Shown: one piece after another, positions 24,356-36,639 of the stretch | Numbering within the stretch: position 1 is the stretch's first letter | Layout of the letters: the number at the start of each line of letters is the position of its first letter | Assembly (NCBI RefSeq): GCF_004010195.1 | Contig: NW_025214046.1 | Span: 1-38,533 of the forward strand | Direction of reading: 5' to 3' | DNA: 38,533 bases | Source: Chiloscyllium plagiosum | Lineage: Eukaryota | The notes under the pieces: generated by a model | What the model saw: only the letters and a program-made list of their open reading frames with translations | Database searches by the model: none | What the model was told of the DNA's origin: nothing | Position numbers and translations under genes: made by a program

Positions 24356-25364
24356 GTTTCCTAGAGAATCCCCGATAAATACCATCTTGGAATTGTCTAC
24401 TTTCACACCTTTGAGAATTACAAACCTCAATCTTTTCTAGTGCATTCGACCGCATCTCAATCTTCTCCTTTGAGATATCCTCCTTTTCATGTGTCAAAAC
24501 AGATGAGAATTGTTCATTTAGCACCTGTCCGCTCTCCACAGTGTCCACGCACAACTTCTCACTTCCTTATTTGACTGGCCCTTTTCCTACCCATGTCATC
24601 CTTTTATTCCTCACATACCTACAGAACGCTTTCGGGTTCTCATTTATTCGACCTGATAAAGACAGCTCATGTCCCCTCCGTGCTCTTCTTAATAATCTCT
24701 TTAAATCCTTTCACGCTAAGTTGTAAATCTCCATTGCCTCATCTCAACCATGTCGTCTCACTGTCACATAATCCTCCCTCGTCTGCTACACAAAAGATAC
24801 AATTTCTTTCGTAAACCAAGGTTTCCTTTCCTTTTCAATTCCATCCTGTCTGACAGGGACATAGCTATCAAGGACTCGCTATATTTGTACCTTATACCAG
24901 CTCCACAATTCGATTGTTCCCGTCCCCTCCACATCGTTACCCCATTCTGTGCCTCCAATGTCCTGCCTAATCGCAATGTAATTGTCCTTCCCCCATCTGT
25001 AACTTGAATGCCTTGTTCAAGTAAATACTGTCCTGTTTGCAGAGGTCCCACCTTCCCCAGAATGAGCGGCAATTGTCCAGACAACGGAAACCCTCCCTCA
25101 TGCACCATCACTGCAGTCACGTGTTCAGGTTACATCTCTCCCTCTTCTTCACCTCGCCATCATGTGACACGGATAACAAACCAGAAATAACAGCTCTGTT
25201 TATTCTAGCTGTCAGTGTCCACCCTAGCTCCCTGAAATCCTGCCTTACACCCTATCCCTCTTTCCACCTATGTCATTGGTACCTATGTAGACCACGACTT
25301 TGGGCTAGCCGCCCTCTCTCTTCAAGACACCAAGACACGTTCTCAGACATCACGGACTCTGTCA

Positions 25365-25797
25365 TTGTTGTGGAAGAATCACTCAATATTCTATAAAAAA
25401 TTACCAGGAGGCGAAGAAAATCCTTCAGGTAATTAAATTTTTACTTTTGCAAAATCAAACCTCTGGGAGCCAGCAAATGTCTTCCCTGACTCCTCACAGA
25501 TTCTTTGTTCTCCTCCAGTTTAAACTATTTGTTGGTCCCGCGCTTATCCAATAAAATTAGCATAGCCAATCACGCTTTGTCTTTCTAAGCTAATCACCAC
25601 CTGCTACACTGGTTCCTTCCATCACACTTAACCTATCACATTAATACACCATCACCTTTAGCATTTTCTCATGTCCCGATGATTTATCTAATCAATCACA
25701 ATGCCCCACGATTATCTGTTACTGAAGCTCTGTAACATGATACTGGGCATACATTACAACACTAAGTGAACCATATTACTGCCATAATAACTTCCAT
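25365..25797. other. Unclassified insertion of about 430 bp splitting CR1 ORF1
   Basis: ORF1 reads CCLPCA up to about 25799 and resumes RVRDVSERV at 25360; the intervening DNA does not continue the ORF. Confidence 0.65.
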
Positions 25798-27583
25798 AGC
25801 ACATGGGAGGCAACACAACAACCGCGAGCTTCTTTCATTCCCAACAAACCTTCTATCTGACCATCTAACTATTGATTCCCAAATGACTACCACTCTCCTC
25901 CTTTCCCCCTTTCCTTCTATGCAACAGGGATGGACTGTTTGCATGTGGCCTGTACCCAAATGCATACCGCTGAGAACTCGTCACCTCAACATTATCTAAA
26001 ACGGTACACTTGTTGTTCAGGGGAACGATCACAGGGGTTCCCTGCACTGAATCTTTTCTCCCTTCTCACAGTTACCCTGCTTTCTTGGTGCCTAGGAGTG
26101 ACTACTTCCCTGTAACTCTTGGCTATCACAGACTCTGCCTCCCGAATGATCCGAAGTTCATCCAGCTGCCACTGCAGTTCCCAAGCGCGGTCTTGGAGTA
26201 GCAAGAGTTGGGTGCACTTCCTGCAGCTGCGCATGAATGGGATACTAATATCGCTCCTCTCCTCAAGCATCATGCAGGAAGAACATTCCTTTCCATGCGC
26301 TACCATCCCTGAAAACTCCTTATCAGAAAGTAAAACAACAAGAGAAGTTTACTGATGTGCCCCTGCTGTTAAAGGCGAGAGGAGGTGAATGGGTGGGAAG
26401 CCCGACAAGTGTAGGGTCCCGGGTTTAGAAAACACTCGCTTATTTCGCTGAGGGTTTAAAAACACCCCCTTTTCCAGGAACCTCTGCTCTCCGATAACAG
26501 GGATATAAAGATTTAAATTGGTGGCTCCGATTTCCCGGAAGAACCCTGGTCCAAGCTTCCAGTCTTCCTACTGCCGTAAACAGAAATGGTGGGCGCCTAC
26601 GCTTGAGTTAAGGTCGGAAAGATTTAAATTAGTGACTCACCTTTCCTGCAGGCCTTTAGTCCAAGCTCCCCCTTTTCCTGCTGCTGGAAAAAGAAATGGC
26701 AATGGACACCAATGAGAACATCCATGCCTATCGGCGTTCTTACTGCTATGCAGCCTTTAATGTCACTTGAAAGAATACAAGATCATGTATTTGAACCATT
26801 CGTGCAAATTGCAAATGACGCTGCAATTCGTCGTGGTTCTTCAGTGATTCATTTTTCAGTCAAGGTTTGCAGACACACTCGAACACACAGCAATCTGAAT
26901 AAAACGTTGAAGCTGGTCATAACTGATTCGCAATTAATCTATTTTATGGAAAAGTTAAGATCGTTGCAATGGTTCTGGATAAAACCCGAACGTTAATTGA
27001 AACCACGCAATCTTGGCACTCAGAATGTGGAACAATATCAAGGATGTGGATAGCTTCGCGGTGCTGATATCTACTGATGGTACTAGGATACTGATTAAGA
27101 TGCCTGCCTCGTGGGAATGACAAAAAATACGATCCTGTGAAAATGTCTACTGACTATCAACTGTTTAGTTTAGGCATATTTCATATGTCAATAGCAAAGA
27201 ATGAAGCCAGTCAATTCAATGCTGACCGTTCCCAAGACATTATACATGCCAGGAAACAAAGTGAATCTTATTTTATCGTAGTCCTTCAAATGATTACGTG
27301 ATTCATTTTACTTGAAAGGAAATTTCTGTTTTGTTCTTTCTTTTAATTGGTGAAAATGATAACATGCAGCATTTGAGAATCACAAAGATGCAACATTAAT
27401 TGCAAAGAAGACTTAAGGAACAAAATCGTCTGTCTAAATCTCCATTGGAAACAATTAAAATGCTATTAAGAAAACTTGCAAAACCGAACATCTGACGTAA
27501 TAACACAAACAATACACGGCAGGCTTCATCATGGACCATCTTTAAACTTGTTTGTAAGGTTCCCCACCGATCAAATGCCTTAC

Positions 27584-27653
27584 CAGTGATACCAATAGCT
27601 GCGAGCACTGGGTAGTAAAATCTTTCTATCTGAAAGTTTATTGGAAACTCCAT
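27584..27653 (-). pseudogene. GPR139/GPR142-like class A GPCR, coding exon 1 (MEFPINFQIERFYYPVLAAIGIT + first base of V)
   Basis: ATG at 27653-27651, then 23 codons plus G, then donor G|GTAAGG at 27583. YYPVLAAIGI resembles the TM1 start of shark GPR139-like receptors. Phase 1 joins exon 2 in frame (G+TT AAC TTA ATG = V-N-L-M). Confidence 0.88.
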
Positions 27654-27734
27654 TATCTGTATGAAATATCTGATTTCATGTTACTTTGTGATTCCAGGTG
27701 ATGAATTAACAATGCAAATTCAACACAGCCAATA

Positions 27735-27740
27735 TTTATA
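27735..27740 (-). promoter_or_regulatory. Candidate TATA box of the GPCR gene
   Basis: TATAAA on the minus strand about 82 nt upstream of the ATG. AT-rich context makes a chance match possible. Confidence 0.35.
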
Positions 27741-28439
27741 AACTCTAATGATGTAATTATTCTCTTTCCCTAATGAATAATATCTATATTTCAGAAATTG
27801 TGAGGGAACTCTCTCTTAAATGTCAAAATCCGGAAATAATTCAATCGAGTATGAGAAAATTGGCGTCACGTTTTGAATTTTCATAAGGAGATAGGACGGG
27901 TGAAGTACAGATATAATGCTGAGTAACATTTTAGACATCTCCGTTAACGACTGAGGTCAGGCTGTGATTCTAAATGATTACCACAGAATGCCCCAATCCG
28001 ACGGTTGAATCTCATACTCTCTGATGTGGCGGCAAACCCTAAAACCTCAGCATGTCCCTCACTGTGTATGTTACTATTGCTGCATTTTGTTTTGTTTCAG
28101 TTGAGTTCTAATGTCCCTAAAGTTGAGACTTTTTTGCATAATATGCTTTTGAATCCCTGAAATATTTGGTCGAAACATGTTAAAAATGGAACAAATTCTT
28201 TGCATTTAAATCTGAAGAAATTTTATGATTTGATCTTCTATCTTTGCTGACAACCTCCACTAAACCGAACCCCACACCGTCTACTGCAACTGTAAAACTA
28301 CCTGGTTCAGTTCAAAAATTAACAGTAATTTTATGTCACCAAAGGAGCTTCGTCTGCATCACTAGGTATATTTGCATCTGAAAGGAAATTTTCGTCCCAT
28401 ACCCTGAGAAGTTATCGACCCAGAATATGATATCAGTAA

Positions 28440-28850
28440 GGAGGAAATGTGTTGTTCTCTTACTGAAACAAATTTTCCAAAGTATCAACCAATCCAAAGA
28501 AATTACGAAATATTGCTTTCTGTATTTGTCATTATGAAACTACAAACATTTGAGACTGACCTACGAATAGTTATCAAAAGAATCAGTTTTGGATTACATT
28601 GTAACAGTGCGAGCTACATCTAGGAGGGTGTGAGACTGAAATAACACGAAGACATCCACATCGATTTCAAACTATTCTATACATCTGAAATTAACTTCAT
28701 TGAGTGACGTGAATATCCAAACACGTCTGACTACAATTAAAGACGTAGTCCTGTGTCATTTTAATCTACATGGGTCATATTTTAGTCAATCGATAATCAT
28801 GAAACACAATTGTGAACTTTACACTGTCTTCTTTCACAACACCCTAATCA
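28440..28850 (+). repeat. Diverged paralogue of about 12230-12895 and 14350-15015, lacking the SINE
   Basis: Shared blocks tttgtcatta, acaaacatttgagactgacct, tatcaaaagaatca, tacattgtaa and cactgtc.tctttca appear in the same order. Confidence 0.8.
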
Positions 28851-29118
28851 TATTTATCTCAGTAGTCACATGCCGGCTGGTAAAAAAAAAAAAACCTTTA
28901 TCTACATCTGTTTGAAAACAATCTTTCATTTCACTCCCTTGACAAGATAAAAATGCTGCTGGAAGACCATATTGATCATTTATTTCCAGATGTTCAATGG
29001 AGAAATCGAAAACTTAAAGTGCAAAGTTGAACAGGATTGACAGCCCAATTTTCCAGAAATGGTATGAGAACCTGTCTCTTGACAACAGTACCGAATGTTT
29101 AGGTTCTGTATTAATTTT

Positions 29119-30691
29119 AACATATTAATTGTTGCAGTTTCTTTGAACATTTTGAAATTCAACAATACATTCATTCCGCTCACAAATTGTGACGGTGGAA
29201 AATCAGTAGGTTCTTTTTAAGCGACGGGCTATACTCCTGTTGTTTACAGGTGAGCAGGTTGCGGAGTTGAGATTATTCCTAAACCAGCCATGATATTACT
29301 GAATGATGTAGCAGGCTTGAAAGTCTTAAGAACCAGTTTATATTTATTCTTTTTAAAGAAAAAATAATGTTGCAGGGTTTAAGTAACTCCAGGATGATAC
29401 AACGACATGATGCTATCATTACCATGATGACATCTCAACAATTCATAAAGCAGCCACAAGAAATGCATGCGATATTGATATCAAAACGATTTCTCAGTAA
29501 ACCTATTGCTTTTGAGTCAGCTCTTGGATTGACGAAGAAACGTTATGTGCGTGAGTTTGTGATAGCTGCAGAGTATTGTAGAACCGTCAGTGAGAATCCT
29601 ATATTCTTATGTTGTCTGGAAGGCCTTTGTGAGGTAGCTGGAGATTGTCTGTGATTCTCTTTCACTTTAATTTCACGTGTACTACTATTTGGTTAACTCA
29701 GTAAAATGCGACTTGTTTCCAAAACGACGTTAGTTCTTTTGGACAGCGAAATGTTTCTTTACTCAGCCATTATGTCAGGATCCATGTGGCATTAGCAGAA
29801 CAGAAGATGAGTACCTGTGTGTTGTAGTTTATTGTGAAATTGCCATTTAATGCCTTTGTCGACGCCATGTTCAACATTTTTTTTCCAACGAGTAGTCATA
29901 TTGTATTGAAAGGTTGTGTGGCTCATCATCCTTGAGGTGAACACAAAACATCTGCCAGATTTTCTGTATTTAGGCTGCACACAAGAGTTGGACATCAGTG
30001 AGCCAAATTGGCAAGGTTAATACCTCTTTCTGCATGTTAAGACATTAGTATTATTTGTGTGAATTTGTTCGGGAGCATAGTCACCGAGCGTCAAGTGTTT
30101 CAGCAACTACTTAATATTACATCGAGTGAATCCATGTTGATACAAGACTAGCTGATACAGCCTATCCTCATCAGATGGCTTTCTTTTTCCAACTTTCCAC
30201 TGAATAACCATTCTCAAAACCGCTCCAATGCATATTGATTATTACATGAGAGTAAATGTACACGATATGTGAACTGATTTACGCCACCCCTACTACGATT
30301 GCATGTTCATGTGTGATAAATAAGTCACATTGATGCAGGAACAGGCAGTTGATAATGGAAATGCGATTTTGCAATGGAACAATGGCTGATTATGAGAAAT
30401 CATATTTGCAAACAACGTCTTTAAATACTATATAATCGGAATATAGGTTGTAAAAATACGAAAGGGATTAGAAACTGGTTATTAAGACTTTCAAGCCTGC
30501 AACATCATTCAGTAATATCATGGCTGGTTTAGGAATAATCTCATATCCGCAACCTGCTTACCTGGAAACAACAGGATTATAGCCCGTCGCTTAAAAAGAA
30601 CGTATTGATTTTCCAGCGTCACAATTTTTGAGCGGAATGATTGTATTGTTGAATTTCAAAAGGTTCAAAGAGACTGCTTCATTAATTTGTT
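29119..30691. repeat. Inverted repeat: arms 29119-29339 and 30472-30691 (about 220 bp, roughly 88-90% identical), 1.13-kb spacer
   Basis: For example gagattattcctaaaccagccatgatattactgaatgatg against catcattcagtaatatcatggctggtttaggaataatctc. Confidence 0.95.
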
Positions 30692-32111
30692 TCAAGGAAC
30701 AATTCACAATTTTTTGCATCCCTGTGAGAAACAGAAAATAATATCTTCTCATTGATATTGTCAATGGGCAACCAGTGATGTTAAACGATGACCTCGGCAT
30801 TCTCCCATTCCGGATGCATTGTTATTTAAATCGATTACAGCTTGTTTCTTTTTATCTCAACGATAAAAACCGAGACAGGCCCTTCTCGCTTCATATAACT
30901 ACACTCACTCCATTACGTACTCTTAATCGAGGGAATATTCCCTAAACTGAATGGGAATCATCCGCTCCAATGCAATTTGGGGACCGTGTAACTCAAAAGG
31001 CGGTCTCACGAGCAGGACTGGAATGTAACCTCCTTATTTTTGCATTCAGTGCTCGCTTTACGTCATTGAGGATATATGTGTTTTACTTTTGCTTTTGCAA
31101 TTCTGGATCCAATTTGCGTGGTTTGGCATGGAGATTTAAAAACATATGACGTATCTTTATTCCTAATTTTATTTCCATTAATGAATCTTCTTTTTCCATT
31201 TCAGGTTGTGTTCTTTATCATTCAGTTATTTCTCTTAATTGTTGTCAAATGCCTTGTTGTCAAATGACATTTATGAAATTGGATTTTACTGCAGCCCTTT
31301 ATTTGGAATTATTGATATTTTCTCAGGCATTTTTAACACTCACATTTATTTCAATAATGGATATACAAACGTTTCTGTCATGAAGTTTCACTCTAACCCT
31401 CCTTGGGATGATTGCATTTCCTTAGGAGGGAGATTGATCCGATTCAGTGTATCTTCATTCTCATGGAATTCCAAGGCAAGATATTGGCAAGCCTAAACTG
31501 CTAGTATAACTGAAGGATGACTCTCAGTGTGACGGAGACAAAAACGAATATCGAAAGCCCAGCTGCTTTTTCATGATTATTTCTTTCCCCTTTTATCAAT
31601 TTTGGTTTGGAGTTCTGAATCGAGAGATTGATCGAAAAGTGACATTTGGACTCTGGGTAACGCGATGTGTTGAAAGCAAAAATGATTAAAGAAGCATTTT
31701 TGTAATCGTTAGGTCAAGCCTGTAAATGATTTGCAGGTTGATTCCCAATCAAAAGGTTCTTCCCATGTTTCACCAACAAGTAAGAGCATTATTTTTCACC
31801 GGATAGCAGAAGTTGACTGTTCACGATGCCAGTCCCTGGGAATTCACTGCAGCACGTCTTGAAAAAAACACTGATGTCAAAGTAGATAACAGATGATGAA
31901 AGGGAACTGGGACCTCGTAAGGAAGTCACTCGGACTGCCAGTAAGTAGTCAAAGTATGAATTGCGTACAGGACTGCGTTTTATGAGAAGGAATCTGTGCT
32001 TTTGTTTTTCACTAAAAAAAATGGTTTGGATACATTTGGATTGGTTATTCCAAAAGTTTGGTTTGGAACCTCTGCGGTCAATTCTAGGGTTTAATGAATG
32101 TTTTAATTTTA

Positions 32112-32510
32112 TCGTGTCATGAATATAAAATCATGATTCCCACAGAATGAAGTCAGGCCATTTGACCGAAACTGGTCGAGGATGACCAAAATTTCCAGTC
32201 ACGTCATGCCCCTTTCCCCAAGCCGAATGCGAAACCTACTAATACTTTCCTATTCATGTATTCCTCCAAATCCCTATTAAATGTTCTTTATGTTCCAACG
32301 TCAACCACTTCCACTGGCAGCTCATTCCATATATGCATCACTGTCTGTGTGAAAAAGATGCCCTCAGGTTTCCTTTTATTCTCTCCCCTCTATTCTCAAA
32401 CTGGTGCCCTCTCGTCCTCGACTCCTTCACCAAGGGGAGAAAAACATCCCCTCTATCCTTACCTCTAATGATCTTATTCATCTCTATCAGGACCTCCCTA
32501 ATTTTTCAGA
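32112..32510 (-). mobile_element. CR1 3' fragment, old
   Basis: accacttccactggcagctcattccatatatgcatcactgtctgtgtgaaaaagatgccc is a typical CR1 3' block on the minus strand. Confidence 0.75.
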
Positions 32511-33436
32511 TCTTCAGTCAATCATTCTCTCAACTTATGAAGGTGCCAAGAATCATTTGGATCTTTGTATGCATCATATTCTTTCATATTCCAAAGTTAA
32601 TTGACACACTCCCTCGGAATTGTCTCAGACTGTTTAATCTCTGAAGACTGCTTGAATCTTATTGTTCACTGTATTTCGCTTAGACTTCCCACTGTCGAAA
32701 TTATACATTTTATAATGCAAAAGACAGTTACTTTTAATTGATTGGAATAAGATTTTTGTGGTAAACTTAGATATGATGATTAAAATTAAATAACACAATT
32801 TCTTTTCTTACTTTTTGTGCCTAATTGGCCATGAACAATTGATTTCATCAGAGAGTATGAGGATGTTTTTTTTTCTAAATTGCATGAACTTTCACATACA
32901 GGTGTCGATGTTGGAGTTTAATTAATTTCCATGGAGGAACTATTCACTACAGAGTAACTGTAACTATTGCTCTGTTTGCTACTTAGTGACTCAATAAGCT
33001 GTATCTTGCCTCTGATGGTCATTCATTTAGTGGGTCAATCGTTATTTTATGAGTAAAACTGAGAATATTCACTTGAATGCATCACAGGTATGCTCTTATC
33101 AAAACTGCCTGAATGGCGTGCACACGTCCTAATTTGTTTGTCTTTGAGGAGCTCGTAGCTTTTAAATTCTTTACTTAAACACTGGAACAGGCTGTTCGAT
33201 TCGATAATCTACTGTTATAATCTTGTGTCTTAATGCAATGGCAGGCTGCCTTTCTCTGTTTATTGGCAATATTTTGTTGGCAACCTTGAGCCTTTTGCTA
33301 TATGCAAGTACGGGCCACACCAACGATCGCCATACCTATTTTCAAATTAAAATTAACATCGACGCATTCAACCACTCACACACGTTCATACACTGTGACA
33401 AACTCACAAAAGCACCTAAACTGTTATACTCGTTGA

Positions 33437-33630
33437 AATACAGAGTACTACAGCATGGTCAAATATCCATTGGTCAACGTGGCCTGTGCCAACCAAATTG
33501 TTTAGTCTTTCTAATGCGCTTTACCTGTATGTGCCCCATATGCTTCTAATCCTTTCCAGTCCATGTATTTGTTCAAATACCTTATAAATGTTGCCAACGT
33601 ACCCGCATCAGTATTTAATTCTGCTGGTAT
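33437..33630 (-). mobile_element. CR1 3' tail fragment, old
   Basis: AGTLATFIRYLNKYM-like C-terminus and a tacagcatgg tail. Confidence 0.65.
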
Positions 33631-34459
33631 CTTTCTTTGCCCAAGTCGATTCAAATCAATCTCCACCAGTTTAGATCCCCGCATGGGAGTCCCCAAACTG
33701 TTTCAACATGGAATATACCCTGCTGCTTAATTTAAAGCAGCAACAAAGAAAATACTTATCTTGTGCAGTAATCTGTGAAAGTTCGAGAGGCCAAGAACTA
33801 TTTATCGTAAAAAATAGCAACTTTAATTGTGAAAAAAGTAACACAGAATAATTAACTAATAAATATTTGTAGCTCCTTCTTCTCAAGTATCTTTTGCAAC
33901 CCTTCTACAATACTAGTCTAATAAAGACCCTGGCAAAGATTTTTAAAGTTTCATACTTTCCAAACCAGCCAGATATCGAATCATCTCTTTTGATTTTCCT
34001 TTGTCTTCCTTTCTTCTTCTTAATGATTTCCGTTTCACAGGTTACTGTTCGATAAAGGTGCCTTTAAGAGAGGTATTCTCCAGGCAGTCTGCAGTTGCTG
34101 GTGGCTTGGCAGTTCTCCTCCCAACTGTGCAGTTTGCCGGTCTTATATCTGCAAAGCATCGGAATGTGTCATTGAATTTTAGGATTGTCAACATACTAAA
34201 TTCAAACTTGATTGGAGTTTGGCATTTTTGGGGGTATAATTCAATCTGACTGGCCTAATTTGAATCTGTTTTGTCATTTCCAGGCAACCAGCTACCTTAG
34301 CTCCTGGGCTAAATGTTTCGTTGCATCTTGTTCAGAACACTTGGTGCTGTCAGTCGCTCTGCTAGCTTTTCCCTCTCTTAAATGTATAGTGCACCCACAT
34401 CTTCGTTACATGTGGGATCCACGGAGTTTTAGCCAGTTAGATACAAAATTAGTCTAATA

Positions 34460-35685
34460 AGAGAAGACAGACCATGGTAGTAAAATATGATTGTTAAAAC
34501 TGAAGGCCTTTGAACAGCGATGTCCTGTAAGAATCAGTACCTGTCCACACTTATTCGTTATTTGTACGAACGACTTCCTTGTGAGTTCAGGATTCAGATA
34601 CGGTATGCGTGCGAATGTCATAAAAAGAATAGTACAGCGGACCGTGAATATAGTATCAAAGACTACAAAGAGATTTTGAAGAACTGGGTGAATGGGCAGA
34701 GGAATGGCAAATGGAGTTTAGTATAGATATATGTGAGTTGCGTACTTTGGCAAAAAAAAAAGCCAGAGCTAGACTTACACAGTTCGTGGCAGTGTTCTGA
34801 GCATGTTGTTACATGAGAAAATCTAAAGGTAGAGGCACATTTTCCTTTGAAATTGGAGTCACGCGTTCACATTGTAGTGAATAAAATATTTGTCATGCTT
34901 ACTTTTATTGGTTAGCCATGATATGGAGGTGCTGGTGTTGCATTTGGAGTACAAGGTCTGACGATTACCAAATTACAGACCAACATGTTTATTTGAACTG
35001 ACACTTTATTTGACGAAGGGGCAGCACTGAAAAGCTTGTGATGACAAATTAACCTGTTGGACTAAGACCTGGTGTCGTCCGACTTCTAACTTCATGGGCT
35101 GTCTTTGTGAGACGTTGTTTCGGCATTGTGGGACATTGGTGAAGACGTTTTTTGGCATGCTGCGAGCAATTATGGTTACCCATAGTAGGGAGCATGTCAT
35201 TGTTTGGAAGGGGAGAAAAAAGCATTTCTAAGTACCCAGAATGCAGGTTTTGAAGTCTGCGAGCATGGATCGGCTGGGACATCTTTCTTCCTTTGAGCGT
35301 AGAGGGCTAAGGGGTAAAGTTCTAGAGATTCATGAAACAATGAGCGAAATAGATAAGGTGAATAGCGGATGATGTTAAGGCCGCGCAGTGGAGTCTACAA
35401 TTAGAGGTCAAATATTTTAAGGTGAGAGGGGTAGGTTTTAAAAAGGACCAGAGGGGCAATTCTTTCGCACAGATTGTGTAGGGTATATATGGATTGAACT
35501 GCAACGGAAGAGGGGGAGGCTGGTACAATTACAACTTTTAAAACACATTTGATCATGAACATAGAGAAGAACCGTTTTGAGTCATATCCATCAAATGCAG
35601 GCAAATAGAATCAGTTCAGTTTAGGGAACCTAGGAAGCATGGGTAAATTGGAGTGAAGGGTGTGTTTCCATGTTGAATTACTCGA
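34460..35685 (+). mobile_element. CR1 RT plus 3' end, decayed, with a small nested insertion
   Basis: PHLFVICTND, W-EEWQMEF-like and AGTITTFKTHL segments; tail gaagggtgtgtttccatgttg. Confidence 0.8.
34921..35092. mobile_element. Mini palindromic Penelope-derived insertion with a decayed hammerhead-like motif
   Basis: Imperfect inverted arms 34956-34995 and 35045-35083 flank tgacgaaggggcagcactgaaaagctt (35011-35037). Confidence 0.55.
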
Positions 35686-35849
35686 AGCATTATACGGTAA
35701 ACAATTGGTTTCATTTTGTTTCCAATTAACTGTTTGTTTCAGTTCCATTACTTTCATTCATGGCACGTCTTGTTTTTATTTCCTGTTTATTTCCTTGTTC
35801 AATCAAAATTTACTTTGACCCGAGAAGGCTCACACTTCTGACATTCAAT

Positions 35850-36065
35850 CTCTCCTGTCTTCCACCCAGTCACATTCCTCCCTTTTGATCTTGCCCCAGC
35901 CCAGCCCTTGCTCAATTCCTGCTCCGTCTCTAATTTGTTCCTTTACTGACGAGAACCCACGGACTCAAAACTTTGTTTCTCTCTCTACGCAAATACTGCG
36001 TGGTCGGATAGGCTTTTCTCCAACGGTTTCTGTTTTTGTTTGAGATCTTGTTGCAGGCTGCACTG
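35850..36065 (+). mobile_element. Decayed Penelope-derived 3' terminal repeat with hammerhead-like remnant
   Basis: A pyrimidine-rich tract is followed by ctgacgagaacccacggactcaaaac and ttctccaacggtttctgtttttgttt, related to 20900-20985. Confidence 0.45.
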
Positions 36066-36639
36066 CACATGGATAATTTTCTCGTAGCAACTGTTTACGA
36101 AAATGGACAAGATGTAGATGAATCATAAAACTGTTTCCGCTGCTTCCAGTGGTCAGACAGAATCTCGTAAGAAAATCATGCAATTGAAAAGAATTGAAAA
36201 ATGTGTGCAACGTGACAACGCATTATATGTTTCTCTCCAAGTGGTTCACCTCTCCCGCAGCAGCAAAGTGTTCATGAAAGAAAGGTAACCTTGTGACCTT
36301 CACTGCTTAATGCATCGTTCCTTTTTAACTGTGACGCATATTCCAGTTGGAATCTTCACATTTTCTCAGCTGTTTAAAACAATGTTTTGCTGAATGGTCA
36401 ATACCCGAAACCTTCAGAGGACACTCCCTGTAAGGTACCATTTTCCTAACTACCTTAAACCATGCAGTACCTTGAGCATCCTGAAAATCTACTTACTGCA
36501 ATCTGATTTATTGTGTTCATCATGATATGAATTGGTATTTGATGACACTTTGTAACTTAACTTCATGAAATAAAATCAGTTTTATATTAATACATTGAAT
36601 AACGAAACAATAAGAACACAGATATGTGAGAAGAAATAT

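Larger units (their letters stand above)
22729..26700 (-). mobile_element. Intronic CR1 LINE (5' UTR, ORF1 zinc finger/leucine zipper plus esterase, partial ORF2 RT), internally deleted and interrupted twice
   Basis: ORF1: CSSC...CRKC-TQLLLLQDRAWELQWQLDELRIIREAE (from 26306), RVVVIWESIVRWSDRRF, VVVYIGTNDIG. ORF2: QVLNEQFSSVLT, DGIY, LSDDTKVDGVMDS. The 5' boundary is approximate. Confidence 0.88.

Noticed and set aside
27396..27583. C-terminal part of the 85-aa ORF 27396-27653
   Set aside because: Read-through into the intron beyond the GT donor at 27583.
30930..31070. Palindrome gggaatattccc and CRE-like ttacgtca in a slightly CpG-richer patch
   Set aside because: Short motifs expected by chance; no linked transcript evidence.
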